Source of the DNA: Tubiluchus corallicola
Taxonomy: Eukaryota; Animalia; Priapulida
Assembly: GCA_030141605.1 (NCBI GenBank)
Contig: JAQGDQ010000051.1
Coordinates: forward strand, 704,628-768,627
Length of the DNA: 64,000 nucleotides
Reading direction: 5' to 3'
The notes beneath the pieces are model-generated. The model was not told where the DNA came from. It searched no databases and was given only the letters and a program-made list of their open reading frames with translations. This document shows, in pieces, positions 38,501 through 49,217 of the stretch (position 1 is the stretch's first letter; every line of letters starts with the position of its first letter). A program made the position numbers and the translations under genes.

Positions 38501-40103
38501 ATTTATTTATATATATATAAGATTCAAGGCTACAGCTTCGACGAGGGCACCATTTGCGGCAATCTATATATCAAACGAAAGGTCTCGATCTAGTGTCGTG
38601 CCATTGATGGTTTATTTTTCGAATCGGGCCCACCGGGAGGAACGGGTTGGGGTCGAAAAACCTCCAAAAATGGCCATTTTTTGCAAAAGTTATACGGCTG
38701 AGATGTAGAGAACGGGAATGGGCTGAGGGTGGTGCTGGCTATGGATAGATAGCCCGTTCAGCGGTGGGTGTAGTAGGCATATTTAGAATTCCCGAGAGGG
38801 CCATGGGGTCCCGTAATGGGCGTTTTCCCGGACCCAACTCGTGATTTTTACGAAATTTTGACCAAACAGCCTGCGGGAAAAACGTTCTAGCGGCGCCAGG
38901 TGGTACTCTCGGAAGAAGATATGGGACTCATCAGAAAGAGGAAGGACAGGGCTACACGATGATGTGGGCTATATGTTAGGACAGGTCCACCGAGAGGAGT
39001 ATCAACGAGTTAATTAGGTGTTCTATTTTCGACAATTTTTGCCTTAGAAAACTGCTGACGCAAAGCCATTGTAGTGACGTCATCCATTACTGCTTATAGC
39101 TTTAATTCAGCAAAAAGCTGCTTTGCGTTAGATAAACAGACATACAGTAGCTGCCTGCTGGCTTTGCGTTAGGTAAGTAGGCAGGATGTTATGGGCTTTG
39201 TGTTATAAATGAGGACTGTGTAGGATGTTCGCGTATTATTGATTACACGTGTATTTATACGCAAAATCTTTTGCGTGGCCTTTGCTATTTATTATATTAT
39301 AGCACATAGTTTCAACTTTGTGAAAAATGTTTGGAATGGTTTTGTTGTAATGCTGTGCTGTTGGTGCTTGTGCTATAGGTGTCGTCATCATTGCCACCAT
39401 CATCATCATCATCATCAACATCATGATCACCACGTGAGGTGGTGGATTTGATGTGGTGTGGTGGTGGTGTGCTTTGTGTGTTGTGCTATGGATGGTGTGC
39501 TGGGGTGATAGGGTGTGTGGGGTGTGGTGTGGGTAGTGTGGTATGGAGTGGGTGGCGTGGTGTGTGGGTGGGTGGGTGTTGTGGAGCAGTGTGGTGCAGT
39601 GCAGTGTGATGTGGTGGAGTATTATGGTGTGGGTGATGTGGTGTGTGGGTGGTGCAGTGTGGTGTGGTGCAGTGTGGTGAGATGTGGTGGAGTCATATGG
39701 TGTGGGTGGTGTGGTGTGGTGTGTGGGTGGTGTAGTGTGCTGCAGTGGTATGGTGTGGTGCAGTGTGGTGTTATGGCGTGGTGCTGTGCGATGTGATGTG
39801 GTGGAGTATTATGGTGTGGGTGGTGTGGTGTGTGGGTGGTGCAGTGGTATGGTGTGGTGTGATGTGGTGGAGTGGTATGGTGTGGGTGATGTGGTGTGTA
39901 GGTGGTATGGTGTGGTGCGGTGCGGTGTGGTGGTATTGTGTGGTGCAGTGTGGTGCGATGAGGTGGAGTGGTATGGTGTGGTGCAGTGTGGTGTGATGAG
40001 GTGGAGTGGTGTGGTGTGGGTTGTGTGTTGATTTGTGCAGAAAATTCTTTTTGTGGGGTTTGGCTAGTCAAAATATTAATATCGTAAGTGATCAGATACG
40101 TAC

Positions 40104-40268
40104 GAGATTATGTCTATCATGGCACAACCATGTCCACCCTTTTCCTGGAAGCTCTTGATGGAGTTTAATAAAAAACGAACGGTTATTCTTTAAAGGAAAA
40201 ACATCTCTCACCTCCATGTTGTGAAGGAAACTACTATGTACTATCAATTCTTCAGATAATATACGACC
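40104..40268 (-). CDS. TMEM131: TMEM131-family exon
   Basis: ttttag|...|gtacgt; GRILSEELIVHSSFLHNMEVRDV...DRHNL; 55 codons; continues the SFP|G motif. Confidence 0.82.
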
Positions 40269-40544
40269 CTAAAATGTACAAAAAAAATGCCAGTAAGTTT
40301 TGGTAATTGCTTGCAATATAATTTACCATTGCCTACTGGTGGTGAGGTAAAAGTTATTAAGTTATGTTATCGTTATGCTTAAAGTTACCAGCAGTCGTTT
40401 TCTTCTATCTTTAAAATATGTACACCATTTGAATTTTACAACATGCAGTCATACATTTAAAGCAATATAGTTTAAAACACAGTGGAGCCTGTTTTTGCTT
40501 CAATGATTGTAAAAAAAAGTAAAAATGCTGTCTCAGCCTCAACT

Positions 40545-40745
40545 GTTGGGTTACTCGCTTGCAAACTCCACAGACTCCGTTTATTTTGCCATGTTTGATC
40601 TCGTTTTTCGTTTTCCTTTTCATTCATATAATACAAAATTTTGTCATTTACTCACTGTGAGGCAAACAATCCATACTAAATATTCATCAAAATTTGGAGT
40701 GCACGGCCAGTGTAAATGCGTATTTATAATTTAACAGCTAGCTTA
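40545..40745 (+). repeat. Dispersed repeat; inverted copy at about 59325-59522
   Basis: Both start TTGGGTTACTCGCTTGCA and share CAAAATTTTG..ATTT..TCACTGTGA. Confidence 0.7.
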
Positions 40746-41020
40746 TTAGTATCGTTTGAGCCGACTTTTTTGTATCGTCCTGATCGTCATATGCTCATGA
40801 GTGTGTCCACTAAGCATTCATTTTCTGAAATACTTATTTCCATCCCAGACATATTTTTGACCATTTTCTCGACAGTTAAGTACTGTACTGGTACAATGAA
40901 AAAATTCTGTTAGCAGATGATGTTGTCAATGGCACAATAAGTGTGTTCTAATTACAGGCAGATGCTTTTAATAGTTTAATGAATTTCACAGGGCAAAGCT
41001 TACAGGCAATGAGTAGAGCA

Positions 41021-41022
<2 letters not shown>

Positions 41023-41050
<28 letters not shown>
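41023..41050. repeat. (GA)n microsatellite abutting the LINE 3' tail
   Basis: Direct inspection. Confidence 0.9.
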
Positions 41051-41054
<4 letters not shown>

Positions 41055-44000
41055 TAAATAAATAAATCTTTTATTTTACATTACGTTTACATAACGTAAA
41101 TCCCTCTAATTGCAGGGTAATCTGGCAAAAATTAAAGCACAACCGTATAAAAATTTTACAAACAATGTGAAGATCGTTTCACATCCGAAGTGTGAGGTAA
41201 GGTTAGTAAACTGTGGGTGGAGTTTTGCATAAAAAAGTGTATTAGGAAAATCACTGATAAGATGACAGTTATGTAAAATTAGCTACAAACATGAGGAAGT
41301 ATGTACAAGGACAGATGGAAAATTTCTGAATGACAGCTTTAAAACAGGTGTGCAAACAAGTTAAATAACATATTTATGTTGACTTACATTCTAAACAATG
41401 TGCACAATTATTTGGACTATATTGACTATACGCTCAACATAGTGATAAGATTCTGATCCCCTACACAGATCCAGGTATCATGGATATACAAGTATGTTTT
41501 TTATATTCAACTCATTTACAATTTCAACAAATATATTGCAGGCATTTTTGTCGCTGAAACGATAAATGTCCTTTAAACCTTTGCAGCCTCTTTCCAGTAA
41601 CAAGTACAGCGCCACGATTTCGGTTTTTATTGCGAATTTACCCATTGGCAGCTTGAAAGGATGCAGAAATAGTTGCACTCCATCACCAGGTAATCCTGCT
41701 AGCTGGTTTTCATGTTTGATCTTTCTGGACCACAACATAGATGAGAACAACTTTATTTTGTCTTCGTTAAACATTATCAGTTCCCGTGAAATGTCACTTA
41801 ATTTATCGCTATAACATACTAATATGTCCTCTGTTATGTTCAAAAATGATCTGGCTGTTGACATATGTGAGGCTAAAAATGCTTAGACAGAAGCTAGCTA
41901 ACTGGAGCTTGATCAAAAAGTTCTATTTCTTTCTTTATAAGGTCATCTTTTTGATTTGTGATAGCCTGTAATATAAACTTTACCACTTTGCTAAGGTGTG
42001 TTACTTCTAATGGGAATAACCCACAGATTCTTTCTGCGACATCCTTAGCAGGGTTATAGTCGACACCAACGGCTGTTTTGATGACGTCATACCACAAATC
42101 ATCAAACTGCTCACATTTGCCGTCCAACCAGGCACTAGAAGCATATAAAATCACTGAAACTACCAAAACCTGAAACAAGTTGATGATTGTCGCCATCTGC
42201 ATACCTTTATACCTGAAGCATAACTGTTTTATTTTAGTCCATTTTCCCTGCGCTCTTTTGCAAACTGAATTGACATGGGATCGGAAACTCAGTTTGTTGT
42301 CAACAATGAACCCCAAAACTTTACTTTCCTCTACATAGGTGATTTTTCTACCACCAAACTGCAGGTTTGGAAAAGGTTCCATGCTTGATTTACTTGCATA
42401 TAAAGTGGCTTCAGTTTTGTTTGGCTCACAGTTGATGCTTAGCCTCCAGCATCTACACCAGCGATGCATTGTGTCACAGCAATGTTTGGATGTCATATAA
42501 CTTTCGTAGACTGAGTCTGCGGAGACAAGTGACCCGTCGTCAGCGTATTTGAATTGGCACGTTCAACTGTTGTTGTATTCTTCTTCTATTTCGACGTACA
42601 AATCGGTTACACGTAGTGAGAAGAGCAGGGGCGAGATAACGGAACCTTGCTGTTGACCATTTTTGCACACGTACTCATCTGATATAAAATTGTACGTATG
42701 CATTTGATTTGAGGTTAGTCAAAAAGTTTTTCAGCAAACCTAGCAGGCGTCCACTAATGCCATTTAAATATAATTTCCAAATGACCCCATTTGCCCACAC
42801 ATTATTGAAGGCTTTTTTAAAATCACAGAAGATGGCTGTTGTTCCAACTCTAAAGTTGATTGTAGTCTGACCAAATAACGTCCTTCATGATGTCCAGGAT
42901 GAAAGCCTTCTTGTTCAGCATCTATTGAGCTGTTCAAACTGAAAGCAGTTTCGAGGCTCACAACTATCATCCTCTCAGCGAGCTTCCCAAAAATTGATGT
43001 TACGACACGATTTGCACCAAAACCCCATATGCTCAAGCATTAACGGGTGGCAGCCGTCATTAACAATGCTTTTGTTACTAGTTTTGACTCTTCTATTTGC
43101 TTGAAGTAATTCATCGTAAATGAAATTGTCATTTAGCCAACCGTTTGCCGAGTCAGTATTGAAATAATTTTCTACACAATGTTCAACATTTTGATACCAT
43201 TCATTGTCATATGTGTTTGTTTCTTCTTTTAATACATCGAAGAAAGTGTTAAATAAAATGCTGCTTTTATCCTGGTCTCTTGTGTAAAATGTTCCATGCA
43301 CTTTTAGAATGTCAACACATGGTCATTTCTTTTTTCAAAAACATTTATAGATGTTCTCCAAAAGTCTTTGCCTTGTTTCACGTTTAGCTCTGCAGTATTT
43401 GAGGTCAGCTATTCATTAAATGCTTTACGTAAAGTGTCATGAGAGCATTGTTTCACATGACAGTAGTCGATTTTATTTTCCATGGTAGAATAGTGCAGAC
43501 CTCGACCATCTGAGGTCACGTGATAGCCGCATTAATTCAGTTGACCAAAAAGGTTTGTTGTGGCGAGACACGGTTTTTTAATTAATGGCACTTCATTAGT
43601 TTCTCTAACAAGGCTTACAAAATGTAACCAGACGTCATCTATCTGTTTGTTTTGCAGTTCAGTGACAAAAGTTGCAAAGTCGTGTTTTGCACACAGTTTT
43701 CCAATATACGGTTCCAATTAGACCAAGTGCTATTTTTGAAGTCGTTAATTATGTGTGAAGGGCACACAGAATAATTTAGCACGTTTAAAGTACTTATCAC
43801 TGGGTAATGTCCCATGAATAATTCGACTTCTTTATCAATTGACTGAGATATAATTTTCGAATACACAAATTGAGTAGCTAGAATTAAGTCAATAGTGCTA
43901 GATCTAGTGGCTGATTTAAAAGTGGCTTCTTCTGGAGCTAAACTTGCTAATCTGTTATTATTATTAATGTATGAATTATGTAATAGTCGGCCATATTCAT

Positions 44001-45650
44001 TAGTAAAGTGATCCCAGGAAAAATTGTATTTGTCTAGTGTTTGTATCCCATGATGCTCAGCAAAAGCCATAGCTTCTTGAAAGTTTGTCAACCATAGGCT
44101 CGTAAGTGCAGGGGAGTTTAGGGTCACGTAGATTGAGCCAAGTAACAGTTTGATGTTGTCAACGTTTATGAGTACCCAAATTACATCAATGTTGGAATTC
44201 TCAAGCTCGCTTGCGCAACTACTAGTTATACCTTGTTTCACAAGTAATGCGCACCAACCAAATACGCCGTTGAAAGGTTTTGCATATGATCTAAAATTGG
44301 TTACCTTCAAATTACTGTCTTTACTTGCTAATTTAGTTTCTTGAATAAACACTAAATCGCATTCTGTAGAGTTAACATAATTGTTCAGCACAATATTAGA
44401 GTGAAGGGAGAGGAAATTAATATTAATTTGGCATAGCTTTAGTGGGATTCTGCTCTGATTAATGAACTTGAAGCTGTTTGAGCCGCTTCATCTCTTCCTT
44501 GAATTTGGACAGTCTTTATTGTTCCCCTTGCAATTTACGCACATCACTTTTGTTTCGTTGCACTCTGAGGTTACATGGGACAGCGAACATTTGCCACAGT
44601 TTAAACAATGAGCACCATTTGGCTACATGGTTGTAACCCTGGCAGCAGATGAACGGCTTAACTGGACTGATCAAGCGACTGATGGCGATTTCGTTTTCCA
44701 TAGACTCCGTTAGATCATCTTGCACATCAAAAGTTATCTTAACCAACGGTGCATTTGAATCTACCTATAGTGGCATTTTTAAATGTTGCCCTTACATCCT
44801 GCAGAACTTCCCCGTCTGATAACTGTGGATCACGATCTTTTAGCAAGCCCCGGAAACGAGTTCCCGGTTTCTTAGACATCATGTTCTCCCGGAGAAAATG
44901 GGGTTGCCACTTATCTACAATTTCATTAGCTGCAGCCTTGTCTTTTAATTGCAGTTGAATTTTTTTCCTTTTAGTATTATACACCATTTCGAAGTGTATA
45001 AAAGGAAAATGTTTCGACAAGTTCTTCTTTATGGACATGCTAGAGAAAACTATACTTTTATTTGTCACATTTTCAATAATCTGTCTTGTTTGAGTGATAC
45101 GACAAAACTGGTCGGGAGGGAAGTGTTTGTTGCAGGCCTGGCTTTTGATGGGTGGATATTACACTTGGTTGTGTCACTGTAGCTAGGTTTCTCTGAATTA
45201 CTGATCTTATCTGATAGTGTTTGTAGTGAATTGCTTATGACATCAAGTTTTCCATTGACAGGGCTATTTTCCCTGCACAGTAAACTAACCATTTCTTTAA
45301 TAATCTGTATGTCTGCTTCTGTTTGAATGTACTGAGTAGCTAGTGTTTTTAGATTTCCCAACTCAGTGTTATTATCTGTATCGTCATTCAGTAGATTAGA
45401 CCATTCGTCTTCTAAACTCTCTAGCCAACTGCACAATGCATATTTTTCGATGATCTTTTTGTGTTTAGAAGCACATTTTCCACAGATGATAACATTTATT
45501 TTTTCTGGCTGTACTGGAGAATTGGTTGACCAGCATATTTCGCAACTGCGTCGTTGGCTAGAGGACATAGCCATGTGTATTTATTCGCTTTTGTTCGGGT
45601 GCGCTCCCCACACAAAACATTAATTGTTACCTGTACTGTTCGTGGTGTAG
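41051..45650 (-). mobile_element. Near-full-length decayed non-LTR retrotransposon (ORF1 plus APE-RT ORF2; I/Jockey-group-like, clade uncertain; 5' boundary approximate)
   Basis: ORF1 from 45574 with CEIC...CGKC and a knuckle-like CQGYNHVAKWC; APE DLVFIQET, STIDLIL, GHYPV; RT EQEGF, QGSVISPLLF, FKYADDG; AATAAA 41070-41075 then (ATTT)n tail. Confidence 0.88.
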
Positions 45651-45859
45651 GGTGTATGTGTAGTTACATCTATTTGCCAAATATGGATAAGTCAATTGAT
45701 ACATTATGAGCAGGGCCAACTTCTTTGCGAGAAAATGAAGCAGCGGACATTGACGAAATTTTTGTAATTTTTGCAAATAAACAGATTTAGAAAAGTACAT
45801 ACTTTTTAATTCATTGCTAATTCACTTATATAAATTAATATTTTACAATATTATTTCTA

Positions 45860-46040
45860 ATTTTTAACTGCACAAAGGAGTTTAGGCATTACTTCATTTC
45901 TAAAATTCATTAAAAACCATTGCAGTTCATAGTAAGCTGACGACTCATACTTCTATACCTGTAATACTACACCCACCGGTTAATAGGTTCAGTCGGTTAA
46001 CACGGGTCAAAAAACATTGGTCCCAAAGCGGCGCCTACTG
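45860..46040 (-). mobile_element. pogo/Tigger-like terminal fragment; homologous copy at 57469-57672 (+)
   Basis: Terminus CAGTAGGCGCCGCTT versus TA|CAATAGGTGCCGCTT; about 190 bp shared in inverted orientation. Confidence 0.65.
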
Positions 46041-46092
46041 TTTTAGTCCTTTAACCATACAAACACAGTCAACTTATCATCCAAATACTTAC

Positions 46093-46179
46093 AGGAAAAG
46101 AATGGTCAAATTTTAGTTTTTCAGGTATTGGTGTTAAACTCCCATCTGCAGTATGAAGCACCACTGGTATGTTCAGTAC
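46093..46179 (-). CDS. TMEM131: TMEM131-family exon
   Basis: ttctag|...|gtaagt; VLNIPVVLHTADGSLTPIPEKLKFDHSFP. Confidence 0.9.
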
Positions 46180-47846
46180 CTAGAAGTCAAAAAAAAATTT
46201 CTGCCTATCAATAAAAATGATCCAACTAATACTGTACTATTGGCAATTCATACTATCTGGCTAACAAGAAATCACAAAAAACTATATAGTAGTTGCATTG
46301 TTTCTGTGTTTCTCAGAAATCAGTTATTTTAATGTAAAAATAAGATGTTGCTAATTTAAACTGCACATCTGTTTTTTGCTATATTACTAGCCATAACATT
46401 ATTAGCTCAGCAGAATTTCACTCCTCGTATGCCACAGTTGCACAATTGACGTCAAACATATTAGTCTATCGCTCCGCCTCAGCTGTAACGTAAGCACGCT
46501 TAGCGGCTTTCGGAACAACAGCTCACGCTGAACAGCAACTGTCTAGACTAAACTAAACTAAACTAAACAGCATGACAGTCATAACTAATGTCTAATCAGC
46601 AGATAAACTGATTGCACTTTTTCATAAACAAAAATTTGCAGAGCATCAGCTATTTTTAAATGAAATTAACACTTCAAGTAGCCAAAAAATGACTTTTCAA
46701 TTTAAACAGAATGTAGGGGCAAAGTTTCAAAGCACTACAAAATAGAGAGACATAAGTATAATATAGAAACTAAGCCAGTTAGCCTTGCTTTACAATAAAT
46801 GAACAACAAAAATATTAAGTCTCTTTTGCCTTTGAACATACGAGCAATAAACACATAAACGGTGAATCACGATCAAGAGCAAAGATGACAATTTTAATCA
46901 AAATTAATATACAACATTTTGCCTTATAGATTTTCAAATAATAACATGATAATGAAAAATCCACAGTTAAAAAAAAGAACGACATTTCAAATCACCACAG
47001 ATTCATTTTCGTCAGGTGAAAGATTAAAAACAGAAAAAAAATCACATAAAAAACTAATCATATGTTTATATAATTACTACATATAGAAAATACACACTTA
47101 AAAAAATGCTCTTATGGTTGTTTCTTCCAACAAAGATGACTTCATCACCCCAATGAATAAAAAATGAGTGAAAGTATAAGTTATCACTGCTGATCGCTTT
47201 GCCATTGAGCTCAAAGACCAAAATCAAAGTTACAATGCTTCGAACGCATAAGGCAGGACATGCCAACTGAATGTGGTAACATGCCAACTATAATTCTACA
47301 TATCGTGTCATTGTCGTGACATGATGACCTCCAGTTATAGCAATCTGCTATTAAAAATTCGAAACTTTCTGGGGGACTTTGACAATTCTTCAAAACGGCA
47401 TAAGTGCATATTTTAAACATGGCTAACTTTGTCTGAAAATATTGAAAATTCTTCAACAACCCTGCAACTGGCTGACTTGCGTAAGTATACCAATTTAGCA
47501 AAAAAACTACTCATACAAACGAAAATTAAGATGAACGCATAAACAAAAAACGAGCTTCAGTAAAAGACTTTCTAAACATCTCTTTAGAGGGTATAAATTT
47601 AGTTTGGTAGTGAGTACCACACTCAATTAAAAACTTGTTTCTGTTATCAGAAAAATATTTATGTATTAAGTTCACTTCAACCAACAAAATTTTGCATTAA
47701 TTGGCACAAATGTCAATCTTCCAGTTGGACATTAAAAGAACTACAATTACTTAAAATTAGCATGTTAACTGGAAAAAGTTGAAACACAAAAGGGTTGACA
47801 AATTACAACTAAATCCAGTGATTTTAGATTTCCTTTGCAAAACCAA

Positions 47847-47848
<2 letters not shown>

Positions 47849-47929
<81 letters not shown>
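47849..47929. repeat. (TA)n microsatellite, about 40 units
   Basis: Direct inspection. Confidence 0.97.
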
Positions 47930-47932
<3 letters not shown>

Positions 47933-48399
47933 ATAAAAAGCATAAAGAAATAATAGACCATAGCTTCTCAATTGGTAAGTCTGCATGTAAATGTAATTTG
48001 CTGTATATTATGTATAGAGAACACCGGATGTGAAAATAAATGGTTTAGATGTTATATGGTGCAATGCCTAACATGCTGAACAAAGTTTTCACAATACAGA
48101 TTATACAACAGCATGCAAACAAGTAGGTATAGTTTCCTAAATCATTAAATCATTATGCATCTTTTAGTAAATTTCTGCATTGTAATTTTCAGGAAATTAC
48201 GTAATGTGAAATGCTATATAAAACAAATGAAACTTACTTAAAAACCAAATTAACTAATTAAAACATTGAGAATTATAAAAAGTATCACTCCTGCCTAGGT
48301 TGCTCACTATGCATTGTGCAATAAAGAGTCTAAGGCTTCCCTGTATTAATGGAAAAAAAACACGCAAAATTTAATCAGTTATTGTAACTAGTTTTTTAC

Positions 48400-48504
48400 C
48401 TGATACTGAGTATGGAAAATGACTTCAGCAGCAAATGTTGCCTCCTGAGTTGGTGCTTTAACATTTACACTGAACACTGCAAAATGGCCGGGTTTTAATA
48501 GCAA
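48400..48504 (-). CDS. TMEM131: TMEM131-family exon
   Basis: ttgcag|...|gtaaaa; LLLKPGHFAVFSVNVKAPTQEATFAAEVIFHTQYQ. Confidence 0.9.
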
Positions 48505-49217
48505 CTGCAACAAAGAATACGACAGCAATTGCAGTAACTGCAGGACAAGATAAAAAACACAATATTTTATTATTTAGAGTTTTAACTTTAATACAAGATG
48601 TCACTATTCCTGTCCTCTACACAAGTACAATGGTACTTTACAGAATGGTGCCTGAGAGGTTATTGGATTTTAATGAAGCACCAATAGTTTCCAAGTTCCA
48701 AAGCTAAAAAACCCTAAAACACTCTAATGAATTAGGAAAGGCTAGTTACTTTATAAGTGAGCACATTATATATTTTCCTTTTCAAATCTCGTGTAACCTG
48801 TCCACCTAAGTGATCATCTATCTAGGTAACCTACCTAACTTAAATAGTGCCAGACAAAAATCCAAAGTTTAAACTAAGTTGAGTGTTTTGACTCCTTCTT
48901 TCAAGATTCAAGCAATATGCTCTGATTCCATGAGTTTCTTTCCATGAAAGGTTGTGAGTTTGCTCAAGATTTCCACATGTTTTTTATAAGTAGTATTGCA
49001 TTATTATTATTATAATCTTTGTGTGTTAAAATTTTTTGGTGAAAGTTAAATAACACTGTGACTAAATCCATATTAAGTGGGTGACCGCTTGTTTTCTGTA
49101 CCTGATTTTTCTGTATTGATATATTTTTTGCACTGTTATGTACAGTCATACTGATTATAACTGTTATACATGCTATCAATCATGTTTTTTAGATTTACCT
49201 GTGGCTTGAAACTACAT

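Larger units (their letters stand above)
34300..40067 (+). mobile_element. Four-unit composite Helitron array (34300-35557, 35558-36998, 36999-38463, 38464-40067)
   Basis: A|TCTATTATATTAAT start; each unit ends with a CACAAAA...TTTTGTG-type hairpin plus GGGTTTGGCTAG; CTAG|TC junctions at 36998/36999 and 38463/38464; body shared with 5178-7481; final CTAG|T. Confidence 0.85.

Noticed and set aside
34974-40071. Many V/W/C/G-rich and H/T/P-rich ORFs
   Set aside because: They are translations of the GT minisatellite, open in several frames, with no sign of real coding.
47765-48033. YIYIYI ORFs (also the FILFY ORF at 7676-7870)
   Set aside because: Microsatellite translations.
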